Virus record (IMG/VR): IMGVR_UViG_3300030102_003210
Length of the DNA: 31,494 bases
Source: an uncultured virus (IMG/VR IMGVR_UViG_3300030102_003210)
Lineage: Duplodnaviria > Heunggongvirae > Uroviricota > Caudoviricetes
Strand: one strand, 5' to 3'
Both the position numbers and the translations under genes were made by a program. Positions within the stretch are counted from its first letter, which is position 1, and the number at the start of each line of letters is the position of its first letter. Positions 1 through 9,413 of the stretch are shown one piece after another. The notes beneath the pieces are model-generated. The model saw only the letters and a list, made by a program, of their open reading frames with translations, did not search any database and was not told where the DNA came from.

Positions 1-1212
1 TGCTCTCTTTCCAGTGCCATGCTTACCTGATGTTATGACGACATCAAGTTCTATCCTAGGTGGCTTGTATTTCAGTAGATTCTTCGACCTCCTTGACTCA
101 TATGGGGCATCTAGGTCTTTCACCATGATACCCTCAAACCCACCGTTGATAGCCACGTTGTATGCCGCTTCGATGTTGTCATGCTCAAACATCCTAGCCT
201 GATGCTTCTCAGGAACAAAACTTCTCATCAACTCCAACCTAACCTCGTAGGGCTGTTCTAACTGCACGTTGCCCAAGTAGGACATGCAATCAAAGACGAC
301 TAATTGAACAGGACATTCTGAGACGGCTTTTTGCTTGTCCTTTGAGTGAACTCTCGTACCTAGTTTCTGATGTGCGGTTGGTCTTCCATCGGAGTCTATG
401 GGAAATATCTCACAGTCGATGACGAATCTCTTTGCATCAAAACCAAACGCCCATGAGACAACATCAGGATACTGGTCTGTGACAATCTTTCCTTTTCTAT
501 TGAAGATAATTATGTCATCATCCTTGTGTATCTGATATCTGTTACCATCATACTTCGTATCGATGATGAACCTATCAGGTAGTTTTCCAGTATAGGACTT
601 GGCAAGCATTGGCTTGATGTAGGAACCGTGAGTATGTGTTGGTGGGTCTCTATCATTATCCAAGTAAATAACCAGTGAGCAAAGCGTGTTCGTCTTGGAG
701 TATGCTCGTATGTCCTTATCGTATAGAAGCGACATTGACTTCTCAACCGTACTATTGTTCACACCATTCCTAGGGCTTCTCAACCAATATCGTATGAACC
801 ACTTGACTTGTAGATTTGACATACCAATCAAGGCTCGACCTATCTCTTCGTAGGCGTTTGAGTTCATCCTTGAGCAATCTAACTCTAACAGATGTATCAT
901 CTGTTGAAGTGACAACCCATTGTCAGCATTGTCATAGGGTAGGAAATTCAACATCCCCTCACCTAGGTCGAGCCATTTTCTAGCCTCTTCCTCTATCTCA
1001 TCCTCAAACACATTGTATATGTTCGACAACCATTTGATTGCCTTTCTTTCACCGATGTTGTTGTTGTCATACTCCATCGCTAGTATCTTTATCATCGCAA
1101 TCCTATCACCAGTCGATAGACTAGATAGTGTCGCTGATATTATCTCTTTCTTTCTAGTTGGTGTGGAGTTCTCTATTGACTCACACATCCTGCTCAATGT
1201 TATCATACTCAT
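1..1212 (-). CDS. lig: ATP-dependent DNA ligase (3' end runs off the window; absent from the ORF track)
   Basis: Manual translation from ATG 1212: MSMITLSRMCESIE...; motif I DTKYDGNRYQIH (~530-560); FVIDCEIF, VFDCM, EGIMVKDLDAPY and LLKYKP match the later ligase motifs. Confidence 0.95.
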   Translation of the reverse strand, partial: MSMITLSRMCESIENSTPTRKKEIISATLSSLSTGDRIAMIKILAMEYDNNNIGERKAIKWLSNIYNVFEDEIEEEARKWLDLGEGMLNFLPYDNADNGLSLQQMIHLLELDCSRMNSNAYEEIGRALIGMSNLQVKWFIRYWLRSPRNGVNNSTVEKSMSLLYDKDIRAYSKTNTLCSLVIYLDNDRDPPTHTHGSYIKPMLAKSYTGKLPDRFIIDTKYDGNRYQIHKDDDIIIFNRKGKIVTDQYPDVVSWAFGFDAKRFVIDCEIFPIDSDGRPTAHQKLGTRVHSKDKQKAVSECPVQLVVFDCMSYLGNVQLEQPYEVRLELMRSFVPEKHQARMFEHDNIEAAYNVAINGGFEGIMVKDLDAPYESRRSKNLLKYKPPRIELDVVITSGKHGTGKRA

Positions 1213-1423
1213 TTCTATTCCTCATTATTTTACTCAGTGCCTTATGCACATCTTCCATTTCTTTCATGTTCATTCTGATACCCTTCTTAGTGGGTTGACT
1301 GTTCACATGCCAACGAATATCTACAATGTCAATATTGTAGAAGTTCCCTGTCCTAACTACCATCTCGTTAGTAGCGTCTCTTGCTATTCTTAGTATTATT
1401 TTCTCATCCTTCAAGCCAACCAC
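1181..1423 (-). CDS. PC4/p15-like ssDNA-binding protein (start may be TTG 1414)
   Basis: VDIRWH...PTKKGIRM is the PC4-family signature; 80 aa; overlaps the ligase start. Confidence 0.8.
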   Translation of the reverse strand: MVGLKDEKIILRIARDATNEMVVRTGNFYNIDIVDIRWHVNSQPTKKGIRMNMKEMEDVHKALSKIMRNRNEYDNIEQDV

Positions 1424-1802
1424 CTTTGAATTGTTGCAGGTTCTTCCACGACTTGAAGTATCGTGGAGACTCCTGTTCGTCTACTCTATGTGCTACCCAT
1501 ACAACGCCGCCTAGACTGCTAATCTTGACCAATTCGTATGTCCTTCCCTCAACCTCAAACATGTCTTCTGTCTGAACATCGGGAACCAAACCGAACTTCT
1601 GTGTCAACTCATTGGCAATCTCATCCATGTGTTCAGCGATATACTGAACAATAAGGTGACGTTGTATAGGCACTTTTGCATCTACTGTGACCTTTATCTT
1701 CCCTGTCATATCACATACCTTGCACTTGTTACCCTCACAAATAGGGCAAGGTATCTCCGCAGGAAGTGGAGCGGGAAAACGAATAGTCACTGCTCTTTTC
1801 AT
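1404..1802 (-). CDS. Hypothetical protein with a DnaJ-type CxxCxG zinc finger
   Basis: CPICEGNKCKVCDMTG; ATG 1802 overlaps the upstream stop (ATGA). Confidence 0.7.
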   Translation of the reverse strand: MKRAVTIRFPAPLPAEIPCPICEGNKCKVCDMTGKIKVTVDAKVPIQRHLIVQYIAEHMDEIANELTQKFGLVPDVQTEDMFEVEGRTYELVKISSLGGVVWVAHRVDEQESPRYFKSWKNLQQFKGGWLEG

Positions 1803-2281
1803 TCTCTGCCATCCCACACTCTGTAAACTACTTCATACTCAACTGTGACATCGAATGGGAAGGCTGCAAAGTGTAGGGTAGCATTACCAAACTCAGGAGC
1901 AAAGCCACTTGACCAATAATTGCTACCTTGAGTCAAGTAGCCTTGCATGTTAACCCAACTGTAGTTGCTGAATATCACAGAGTTATTCACCACCTCAAAG
2001 GATAGATGACTAATATTGTATTTGAAGGATTGAAGTTCAATCGCTCCATAACTTGTATTCACATCCAGCCAAATAGTAGGTGCATGGATTAGTGTTTGAT
2101 TGGTGCTGTTATCCATGATGAGAGTGAACTCTCCCACCAAGGAAATCCAATCTTCCTGTGACGTTTGACCATCAAACTCTTCGGATGGAGGGTCGGGTAA
2201 TGCTTCAGTGCATCCTGCTAGAAATGCTGCTACAACTAGAAGCGTCAAAGCCTTGTTGATGTTCGTCTTCATCTTCATCAT
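1799..2281 (-). CDS. Putative lipoprotein
   Basis: Basic N-terminus, hydrophobic stretch ALTLLVVAAF, lipobox LAGC; TATA-like ATATATAT (2302-2309) ~25 nt upstream. Confidence 0.7.
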   Translation of the reverse strand: MMKMKTNINKALTLLVVAAFLAGCTEALPDPPSEEFDGQTSQEDWISLVGEFTLIMDNSTNQTLIHAPTIWLDVNTSYGAIELQSFKYNISHLSFEVVNNSVIFSNYSWVNMQGYLTQGSNYWSSGFAPEFGNATLHFAAFPFDVTVEYEVVYRVWDGRE

Positions 2282-2319
2282 ACCTCGCACATGCAGGTAG
2301 GATATATATCTTACACCAA

Positions 2320-2391
2320 TTACTCAAAGGTGAAGCCAAACTCTTCCAATGTTGTCTGCCTACTGTTCTGCATAGTCATTCTTACACTCAT
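2320..2391 (-). CDS. 23-aa micropeptide with a PIP-box-like motif (MSVRMTMQNSRQTTLEEFGFTFE)
   Basis: Manual translation; ATGA overlap with the upstream stop; purine-rich RBS GAGGGAGAGGA; QTTLEEF. Confidence 0.6.
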   Translation of the reverse strand: MSVRMTMQNSRQTTLEEFGFTFE

Positions 2392-2519
2392 TCCTCTCCC
2401 TCCTTGTCTGTGAACATCTCTGTAAATGCCAATCCTGTCAGTACCTTGGTTTGAATATTGAGAAGTTTGATTATCTCATCAAGTTTGTTCTCTATGTTTC
2501 TGTCCTTGAAAGTCTTCAT
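2388..2519 (-). CDS. 43-aa hypothetical protein
   Basis: MKTFKDRNIENKLDEIIKLL...EGEE; ATGA-coupled to both neighbours. Confidence 0.7.
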   Translation of the reverse strand: MKTFKDRNIENKLDEIIKLLNIQTKVLTGLAFTEMFTDKEGEE

Positions 2520-2746
2520 TCTTTCACCACCTCATCAGGAAAGAACGCATCCTCCCAAACTATCATCTCTGCTTCTGTCATTATAGTAGTAAAGATTGTT
2601 CCACTCTTCATGTGTATCTCCACATCGTAGATGTTGCTCTTCAGGATACCTTGGGAAGCAATAACCACGGAATATGCAGATACATCTGCCATGTTCAACG
2701 TGGTCATTCCTGATTCTGTGTCTAGTTTGAAGAATCTGTCCTTCAT
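2516..2746 (-). CDS. Hypothetical protein
   Basis: 76-aa ORF coupled to both neighbours. Confidence 0.7.
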   Translation of the reverse strand: MKDRFFKLDTESGMTTLNMADVSAYSVVIASQGILKSNIYDVEIHMKSGTIFTTIMTEAEMIVWEDAFFPDEVVKE

Positions 2747-3294
2747 TACTCTTCACCATCCAATACGTCTTCAGCGACCTTCACCCACTCAGGTTTTCCA
2801 ACAGGCTCTTGCCTGTAGATACCGTAGTGAACCTTCTTCGCTATCTCAGTGTTGACATCGTAAGCGATGAACTGGTTGTCACCTAGAACCGTTGCACTTT
2901 CCAACATGCTTCTCCATGTGTTGATTGTTCTCCAATCAGTCCCACTGAAGAAAGCCTGTCCGAATGGATGTGTGTGTATCCAGCACTTCAATGGCAACTT
3001 CATGCCACCTAGTTGTTTCTCTTGGTCCTTGAAACTAACAAAGCCAAACGTTCCAACGCTGATATACAAATCATCCTTGGCATCTACAATAACCTGAACC
3101 TCTCTTGGGGAGTCAAACGCCTCAAGAGACTTGTTCCAAATCACCGTGTAGAATGCCTCTGTCTGTGCATCGGGGTATGGGTATGAGAACTCAATCTGCT
3201 TGAACACGCTTCTTATGTCCTCCATCCAGTTATCATCTACTATCTCTAATCCTTCTATTCCATTTTCATTATATTCTGTTTCATCTGTTTTCAT
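2746..3294 (-). CDS. JAB/JAMM (MPN+) metalloprotease
   Basis: REVQ...WIHTHPFGQAFFSGTD fits the E-xn-HxH-x7-S-x2-D JAMM motif. Confidence 0.9.
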   Translation of the reverse strand: MKTDETEYNENGIEGLEIVDDNWMEDIRSVFKQIEFSYPYPDAQTEAFYTVIWNKSLEAFDSPREVQVIVDAKDDLYISVGTFGFVSFKDQEKQLGGMKLPLKCWIHTHPFGQAFFSGTDWRTINTWRSMLESATVLGDNQFIAYDVNTEIAKKVHYGIYRQEPVGKPEWVKVAEDVLDGEE

Positions 3295-3295
3295 T

Positions 3296-3535
3296 TTATG
3301 CTCCTCCTAGTTTTTGTAGTAACACATCCATCTCATTCTCAAACTCATGGTATGCCCTGTGACCTGCGATGAACCCACCTGCATGTCTCTTTGTTCCCAT
3401 GAACTCTTCACCACAAGCAGGACAAGTGACTTTCACTATCGTCGCTTGCTTGTAGTACCCATCGGTAGCGATTATGTCAGTAATACTACCAATGTCTTCC
3501 TCTGTTAATTCGTCTATATTTGCGTCTTCTGTCAT
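3296..3535 (-). CDS. Small zinc-finger protein (C2H2-like)
   Basis: CPACGEEF...GHRAYH; acidic N-terminus. Confidence 0.7.
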   Translation of the reverse strand: MTEDANIDELTEEDIGSITDIIATDGYYKQATIVKVTCPACGEEFMGTKRHAGGFIAGHRAYHEFENEMDVLLQKLGGA

Positions 3536-3831
3536 ACATTCACCTTCATATAATGTCGAAGCGATTTGATTGCTCTAGGTGGAGACAATCTAGGTTCTTC
3601 GACTACAACCTGTTCCGCTTGGCTTTCCTCCCAAGCCCTGTTCCATTTCTCTGTTAGACTAAGCACTGGTGGTTGAACCTTCTTTACTCTTAGTACGTTC
3701 CTCCTGTATTGTTCCTTCCACATAACCTGTATGCAGTCGTTGCATAGTCTGCCATTCTTTGCTGCTTCCTCACTTGGTTCAGTGTACTTAGCACCACAGA
3801 GAGTTCTATCCAATATCCTAAAGTGAATCAT
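3532..3831 (-). CDS. Hypothetical protein with an N-terminal H/C zinc-binding motif
   Basis: IH...TLCG...LCNDC; ATGA coupling. Confidence 0.65.
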   Translation of the reverse strand: MIHFRILDRTLCGAKYTEPSEEAAKNGRLCNDCIQVMWKEQYRRNVLRVKKVQPPVLSLTEKWNRAWEESQAEQVVVEEPRLSPPRAIKSLRHYMKVNV

Positions 3832-4022
3832 TCCTCTTCACCTACTACTAGATTCCAATGAATCTCATACTTGACATTGAACCTGATGGTCTCGACTTTA
3901 CCATCATCGTTGGTTTGCTCAATCTCGTAGACTGGTAAAGCCCACTCTCTCTCAACCTTCTTGACTACAGCCACCTCATCAGTGTGGACATTAATTATGA
4001 TATCACCAACCTTGAACTTCAT
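3828..4022 (-). CDS. Small SH3/KOW-like hypothetical protein
   Basis: MKFKVGDIII start, beta-rich 64 aa; ATGA coupling. Confidence 0.65.
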   Translation of the reverse strand: MKFKVGDIIINVHTDEVAVVKKVEREWALPVYEIEQTNDDGKVETIRFNVKYEIHWNLVVGEEE

Positions 4023-4249
4023 GCATCTTTCCCCCTATATGCAGGATGTGTCTTCGGCAACCTATGCAGTCTTCTCACAATCATGTTGTTCACTAGATTG
4101 GATACAGAATCAGCACCATCTGTGAACCTCTTGCTCGCAACATCGTCGCCTGAAGGACACATCTTCTCTTCTAATTCGGTTAGGTCTATCTTGTCCATGA
4201 TGTATTTCAGGACTTCATACTCGACATGAATCTTAGAAGCCGCTCTCAT
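4019..4249 (-). CDS. Hypothetical protein
   Basis: 76-aa ORF, ATGA-coupled on both sides. Confidence 0.7.
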   Translation of the reverse strand: MRAASKIHVEYEVLKYIMDKIDLTELEEKMCPSGDDVASKRFTDGADSVSNLVNNMIVRRLHRLPKTHPAYRGKDA

Positions 4250-4863
4250 AGGTTCACCATCTTCATATCGGTCACATCCTCATTGTCATTGAACCATCTC
4301 TGAATCCACTGCACACCCATACCTGCAATCACCATGTTCATGCAGTTGATGTCCTTGGCACTACCATCCCAAGACTGTGCTTGACATGAGAAGGAACCCT
4401 CTTCACCAATGAGCAACGTATCCATCATCTTAGGGTCAACCTTGTATGAAATCAATGCCGCATTTCTACCAGTTGAGCGCAAATCTAGCCACTTCAACTT
4501 AGCATCTGACCCAAAGCCCTGCCGATACAACAAACGCCTCACAGCAAGGTTGTCTGCGCAGCATACCACCAAGTCATATCCGTGTAACTGCTTGTCAAGT
4601 AGAACGTTGAAAGGTTGGGGGTTTATGCCTCCAATACATTCAACCTTCTTCTCACCAACATCCAACTCATCATACGCTTGGTATCCAAGATTCTTGGTAT
4701 CTACCGTGTCACCATCAAAGACAGTTATGTCGTATAGATGAGTCTCAGGGACATTTATTCTCTGTGCCTGATTCATTCTCTTGAGGAACTGAGCCAAATA
4801 ACTTCCAATTCCTCCTGCTCCTATTATCATTATCTTTCTTTCTTCATTCTTCGTCATTTTCAT
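4246..4863 (-). CDS. ThiF/MoeB/E1-family ubiquitin-like activating adenylyltransferase
   Basis: IIGAGGIGS nucleotide loop, FDGDTVDTKNLGYQ, VVCCADNLAVRR, candidate catalytic Cys in FSCQ. Confidence 0.9.
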   Translation of the reverse strand: MKMTKNEERKIMIIGAGGIGSYLAQFLKRMNQAQRINVPETHLYDITVFDGDTVDTKNLGYQAYDELDVGEKKVECIGGINPQPFNVLLDKQLHGYDLVVCCADNLAVRRLLYRQGFGSDAKLKWLDLRSTGRNAALISYKVDPKMMDTLLIGEEGSFSCQAQSWDGSAKDINCMNMVIAGMGVQWIQRWFNDNEDVTDMKMVNL

Positions 4864-5080
4864 TACCTTCTAATATTTTCATTTGTATTCGTGCTTGATG
4901 AGCATCAATTATCTCATGTGTTATTCCATCCATTGTCGCACCTACAACGGATATCGCATCCTCCAAGACCGTCCTGCGAACTGTGTTCTGTATTCTTGGT
5001 AGGCTTTCGTATATCTCTATGAATGCAGAAAAGTGAATCTGCATATTTCTTAGTTTCTTTATTATATCATCCTCTTCCAT
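4844..5080 (-). CDS. Hypothetical protein
   Basis: 78-aa helical ORF between TFB and E1. Confidence 0.65.
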   Translation of the reverse strand: MEEDDIIKKLRNMQIHFSAFIEIYESLPRIQNTVRRTVLEDAISVVGATMDGITHEIIDAHQARIQMKILEGNENDEE

Positions 5081-5973
5081 TAGTATGCACCACTTAGAAA
5101 TTGTTCAACGCTCATCGCTAGAATCTTTTTCTTGTTCAATCCAATAGCACCAAGCATCTCAGGAATAGACGTTCTTATCCCCATCTCGGAACCATTCAAC
5201 GCCGCTTCTATTATCTTCTTCTGTGAGTGAGGCTCGTTCATCATCCTAGCAACTAACCAAAGTGTAGAGTTCTGCATGTTTGGCGTGTACCTGATAGTAG
5301 AGTTGCTCAACTCGCTGTTTATCCTCTCAGCCACAAGAACAACGTTCTGTCTGTAATCTGATGTGACTCCACTCATTCTATCCAGTGTGTTCCTCAATGT
5401 CATCACTGGGTCTCTGTCTGCGAAGACATAAGACTTCTTGAAGTGTCTAGCAATTTTCTTGGCATACTTCGCTATGATTGAGAACTCCACCTTGGTTTGT
5501 GCAGAGTGCTTCCTGAGTGTCACACCATAACCAGCCTCCTTCAACATGAAGTAGGACAGACCTGCTGCAATATGTTCAACAGGTATTCCCCTAGTCACCT
5601 TATCCTGAAAGAGTGAGCGATAGTTCCTTGGAACATTGTCGATTATTTGTTTCGATACATCATAATACGAAAGATACATCCTAGTATGTAGGATGGTTCT
5701 CTTCTCTGATTGGGATGCAGGTCTAGACCTAATGTTCTCTCTCTTCAATACCCAATCAGCCTTGTTATTGGTCTCCATGATGTAGGAGCCAAGCCCCTTT
5801 GAACTATCATTATCCTTGGTTGGGTTGTATCTCTCTTTAGAACTAATCCAAGATACTGTTTCCTCAAACGGTCTTACGACCTGAACCAATCCACAATCGT
5901 CACAAACAGACTCTCCCAACCTCTCATCAAATGTAGAGGAAGTGCAACTGCATTCCACGCATATCTGACTCAT
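5080..5973 (-). CDS. tfb: Transcription initiation factor IIB (TFB)-like protein
   Basis: N-terminal Zn ribbon CVEC...DERLGESVCDDCGLV, GLGS linker, helical cyclin-like repeats (RGIPVEHIAAGLSY); 297 aa. Confidence 0.85.
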   Translation of the reverse strand: MSQICVECSCTSSTFDERLGESVCDDCGLVQVVRPFEETVSWISSKERYNPTKDNDSSKGLGSYIMETNNKADWVLKRENIRSRPASQSEKRTILHTRMYLSYYDVSKQIIDNVPRNYRSLFQDKVTRGIPVEHIAAGLSYFMLKEAGYGVTLRKHSAQTKVEFSIIAKYAKKIARHFKKSYVFADRDPVMTLRNTLDRMSGVTSDYRQNVVLVAERINSELSNSTIRYTPNMQNSTLWLVARMMNEPHSQKKIIEAALNGSEMGIRTSIPEMLGAIGLNKKKILAMSVEQFLSGAY

Positions 5974-5975
5974 GA

Positions 5976-7277
5976 TTAGTCCTCCTTGATGTACTGCATG
6001 ATGAACTTGCTCAGTTCTAGAAACTGACCGTTGACTGCTATTTGGTCTAGGGTGTCATCACTAAAGCGGAAGTCATACTTTCTGACTGACCTAAGAGTGT
6101 GAATCATAGTCCTTGCTTGTATATCGTTCTTCAGAATCATTGCCCTTGAAGCGATTTGGTCTCCGATGCTTGAGTTGTCATGCAGATTGTCTATGCAGAA
6201 CGGTCCTTGGAACTGTGGTGAATCTCCTTCGTGGTTTGGCTCATAGGCGATAACCGCACTAACCCTTTGGAACTTTGAGTTTTGGTTATTGGCGTATATT
6301 ATCCAATCACCTAGTCTTCCCCTGACTAGAACGGCATGTTCGTAGTTCTCAGAGAGGTTCAGACCTAGATACTGCTTGGTGCATTCTGCATCGAGAAGAA
6401 CCATGTCATCATATTTGTCTGTCATCTCCTTGAGTAATACTGCTGCTCTTTCCTCGACCATCTTGGATGTTCTGTTCTGCATTAGCCAAGCAATCATCAA
6501 CTTCAACTCAGACTCACTTGGTTCCCTACCCATAACAGCCTTGAAGAGTTTCTTGGGACTCAAGTTTGACCACTTCTTAGAGCGAGTGCTGTTGCTTCTA
6601 TAGCAGTTGATGAAGATGTTGGCATCCTTCATCCCCATGCTTCCCCAAACACCATCAGATATCTCTATCGCAATCTCATCCTCATCGATGAGTTGCATGT
6701 TGATTCTACATTCTACCTTACTTCCGTCCTTGAAGAACCAATATGGTGTTCGGTTCTCCAATGCGTAGATTATGTTCTGCGAATACTTCACATTCTTTTC
6801 TATGTAGTCCCTCAATCTATCAGCAGAGCGGTTTGTGGTTCCATACATGATAATCTTCGCTATCGCAGAAGCACAGTCCTCCTTGTTCTTCTTGTGGGAG
6901 TTCAGCATGAACGAACCACCGACCTTCATCAAGCAGAGTCTAACATCCTCACCATCATACCTCCAACCAAACCAAGACATCCAATCATCATCCTCTTTGG
7001 CATAGCCTCTCCTAGGACTAAGGAACATCTCAGTAACCTTAGTCTTCATTCTCTCCAATATGGGGTCATACCCCAACTTGTTGATTCTATTGTTGATTTC
7101 AGGTCTAGATATGCGTACCTCCAACTCACCACGAATGTTCAAGTTGGATTTATGGAACATGTAACTGCTCATTGAATATCTAGTCACTCTACCTGTCTTG
7201 TATAGAAAACTTGAGTTGATAGTTTCTCTTCTATCATCCGGCGTTGGTATTAACATTTTCACTTTCATAATAATCAC
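5976..7277 (-). CDS. Hypothetical 433-aa protein; C-terminal LVRG...FCID...GDQ...SRAMILKND domain
   Basis: Long ORF within the operon; function not assignable. Confidence 0.8.
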   Translation of the reverse strand: MIIMKVKMLIPTPDDRRETINSSFLYKTGRVTRYSMSSYMFHKSNLNIRGELEVRISRPEINNRINKLGYDPILERMKTKVTEMFLSPRRGYAKEDDDWMSWFGWRYDGEDVRLCLMKVGGSFMLNSHKKNKEDCASAIAKIIMYGTTNRSADRLRDYIEKNVKYSQNIIYALENRTPYWFFKDGSKVECRINMQLIDEDEIAIEISDGVWGSMGMKDANIFINCYRSNSTRSKKWSNLSPKKLFKAVMGREPSESELKLMIAWLMQNRTSKMVEERAAVLLKEMTDKYDDMVLLDAECTKQYLGLNLSENYEHAVLVRGRLGDWIIYANNQNSKFQRVSAVIAYEPNHEGDSPQFQGPFCIDNLHDNSSIGDQIASRAMILKNDIQARTMIHTLRSVRKYDFRFSDDTLDQIAVNGQFLELSKFIMQYIKED

Positions 7278-7527
7278 TCATTTCATCTTTATTTTTTTCA
7301 TAATACAATTTAAAATCGTACATTTCTCTTAATTTATTTATATTTTTAATATTAGAATGCCCCATTCTTATGAGGTATTCTATTCTTTGCACAACGTATC
7401 TCGCTCTGACTCGACCTTCCTCCAACATACGGAAGTATCGAGATGTGTTAGTCTTACCTGCATTGGTCTGCATGGAATCAATAATCTCACTCTTTATCGT
7501 GAGTAGTTGCTTCTTCGACAAACTCAT
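7234..7527 (-). CDS. Hypothetical protein
   Basis: 97-aa ORF, ATGA overlap with the RNR stop; AT-rich 3' half. Confidence 0.6.
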   Translation of the reverse strand: MSLSKKQLLTIKSEIIDSMQTNAGKTNTSRYFRMLEEGRVRARYVVQRIEYLIRMGHSNIKNINKLREMYDFKLYYEKNKDEMSDYYESENVNTNAG

Positions 7528-9413
7528 ATTTCACAAACTCCACCAGCACAAGCAAGTTCTCCTTGTAGGTTGGTGTTGTCCACAGCCTCGATAACATCAG
7601 TTAGGTCTATCTCCTTGAGTTCCTTGAACATCAAGTTGAAGGTCTTCTTGTCCGTTGCCTCAAATGGTGCTTGCTTGTAGATACCACCATCATAGGGCAA
7701 TACGGATAGACCGTTGTAGAAGTCTCTGTTCTTCCACATCCAGTTTCTCACATCGTCCCACTCATCCTCACGAATGTTGACAGTTGCAGAAACGTTGTGG
7801 GTGTTGACACCCCTATTGTGTCCACCCATCACCCAATCAACTGAGAAACGCTTGACTCTCTCAAGCATCTCCAATGCTGACTCATCTCTAGTTATCACAT
7901 CACCCTTCGGTGTTTTCTGTGGTATTGATATGATACCCTGATTGGGATTGAAGTAATCATCCTCGACCAAGTTAGGGAACTTAGTCACAAGGTAATCGTA
8001 GATTGGCTCTGATTTCAGAACCCTGATTCTCCTGATGTAATACTTGTCGAACCAAGCATGTATTCCCGATGAGGAACCTAGCACTAGACTTGTAGTTCCA
8101 GCAGGTTTCACACAAGTTATCCTCGCTGATTCCTTGATTCCAAGGAGACCTGCTATTCTCTCATTTGTTTTCCTAGCATGATTCGCTGCTTTCTCCAAGT
8201 CTAGGTTCAAGACTCTGTTACTGGCGATACCAGTCATAGACACTCCAAGCAGTGCATCCTTCTCTGATGTCTTCTTCCAAACTTCCCTTAGATAGTGGAA
8301 GTCTGTGTAGGATGCTTGTAGTGTTCCTAGTATGGTTGCGACCTCTACCCTCTCATGCAAATCCATTTGGCCTTCCACATCTGAGGCATTGACCTCAGTT
8401 AAGTTGCAGAACTGATATGGTCGAAGTGCTATCTCACAACATGGGTTGGTTCCCCAATCCTTGTCATTGCTGAAGTAGAATCCCGGTTCACCTGTCCCTG
8501 ACTCCTGAACCCTCTTCCACAAGTTGTTGAAGAAGTCCTTCTTTATCCTGTGACGTAGTAGAACGACAGAGTTGTTGGCTCTCGCTCTCTGTGGGTTTTT
8601 CTCCCAAAAGTGTCCTGACTTCGCTGTTATCATGTCATTGTCATCTGCACTGAACAGACTGATTAGTGCTGCTCTACGAATACCACCTGCTAATACAGCA
8701 TCAGCGATATGGCAAACCATATCATGTGCCTCAAGTGTAGTTATCGAGTCACCGTTGTTCTTGTTGGATAGTATACCCTCTAGTTTGACTAAACACTCTC
8801 TAAGTGGTTGAGGGCCGGGAGCCTTACCGCCACTAGTCTTCAACAACGCACCTTTCGGTCTGATATCTGAGTAGTCGAATCTGACCGTTGTTGACCTCTT
8901 ACCGATGTAAGACTCAAACAACACCTTGACTGCATCTGCCCATCCTTCGATAGAATCTGCAATCAAGTGCCTGTACGTTCTGTTAGGGTTGGGTAGCCTA
9001 ATCTCAGGTAGTTTCTCTACATGATGTCTCTGCACTGAATAGCCTACTCCCGTTCCCCCAAGAAGCAAGAACATTGCCTCTGAGAATGACAGGTATGAAT
9101 CGATGGGCATGTAAGCACAGTTGTAGACTCTGTTAGGTGAGAGTTCAACAGGCTTACCTGCGAATTGCATTGACCTCATCGAGGGCAATACTTTCTTTGG
9201 ATAGACGAAGTTCGTGTAGACGTTCTCTATCTCCTCTTTCAGTTTCTCTTTGTTTTCATCTGTAATGTCTAGATTGCTAACATGGTTGAGATGCATGTCC
9301 CTGTTTCTCTGACATATCTCTGCCCATGACTCTCTTCTCATCTTTTCTGCATCGTACTTTGCATACTTCATGTGAACAGTTATGTCCGACATAATCTCTT
9401 GTTGTAATTCCAT
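7524..9413 (-). CDS. nrdJ: Class II (adenosylcobalamin-dependent) ribonucleotide reductase, monomeric RTPR type
   Basis: VYNCAY, GGIRRAALI, TNPCCEI (thiyl Cys), CNLTEV, KPAGTTS, C-terminal CAGGVCEI redox pair; no R2 subunit nearby. Confidence 0.92.
   Translation of the reverse strand: MELQQEIMSDITVHMKYAKYDAEKMRRESWAEICQRNRDMHLNHVSNLDITDENKEKLKEEIENVYTNFVYPKKVLPSMRSMQFAGKPVELSPNRVYNCAYMPIDSYLSFSEAMFLLLGGTGVGYSVQRHHVEKLPEIRLPNPNRTYRHLIADSIEGWADAVKVLFESYIGKRSTTVRFDYSDIRPKGALLKTSGGKAPGPQPLRECLVKLEGILSNKNNGDSITTLEAHDMVCHIADAVLAGGIRRAALISLFSADDNDMITAKSGHFWEKNPQRARANNSVVLLRHRIKKDFFNNLWKRVQESGTGEPGFYFSNDKDWGTNPCCEIALRPYQFCNLTEVNASDVEGQMDLHERVEVATILGTLQASYTDFHYLREVWKKTSEKDALLGVSMTGIASNRVLNLDLEKAANHARKTNERIAGLLGIKESARITCVKPAGTTSLVLGSSSGIHAWFDKYYIRRIRVLKSEPIYDYLVTKFPNLVEDDYFNPNQGIISIPQKTPKGDVITRDESALEMLERVKRFSVDWVMGGHNRGVNTHNVSATVNIREDEWDDVRNWMWKNRDFYNGLSVLPYDGGIYKQAPFEATDKKTFNLMFKELKEIDLTDVIEAVDNTNLQGELACAGGVCEI

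Noticed and set aside
14..1393. Short ORFs in the track over 14-1393
   Set aside because: Shadows of the ligase and PC4 genes; the other antisense ORFs overlapping called genes were rejected for the same reason
3296..3535. C-terminal LGGA as a second ubiquitin-like protein
   Set aside because: The protein is a zinc finger, and the GG codons (GGAGGA) double as the RBS of the downstream JAB gene
7524..9413. Intein or intron in the RNR
   Set aside because: The 629-aa length and contiguous motifs leave no room for an insertion
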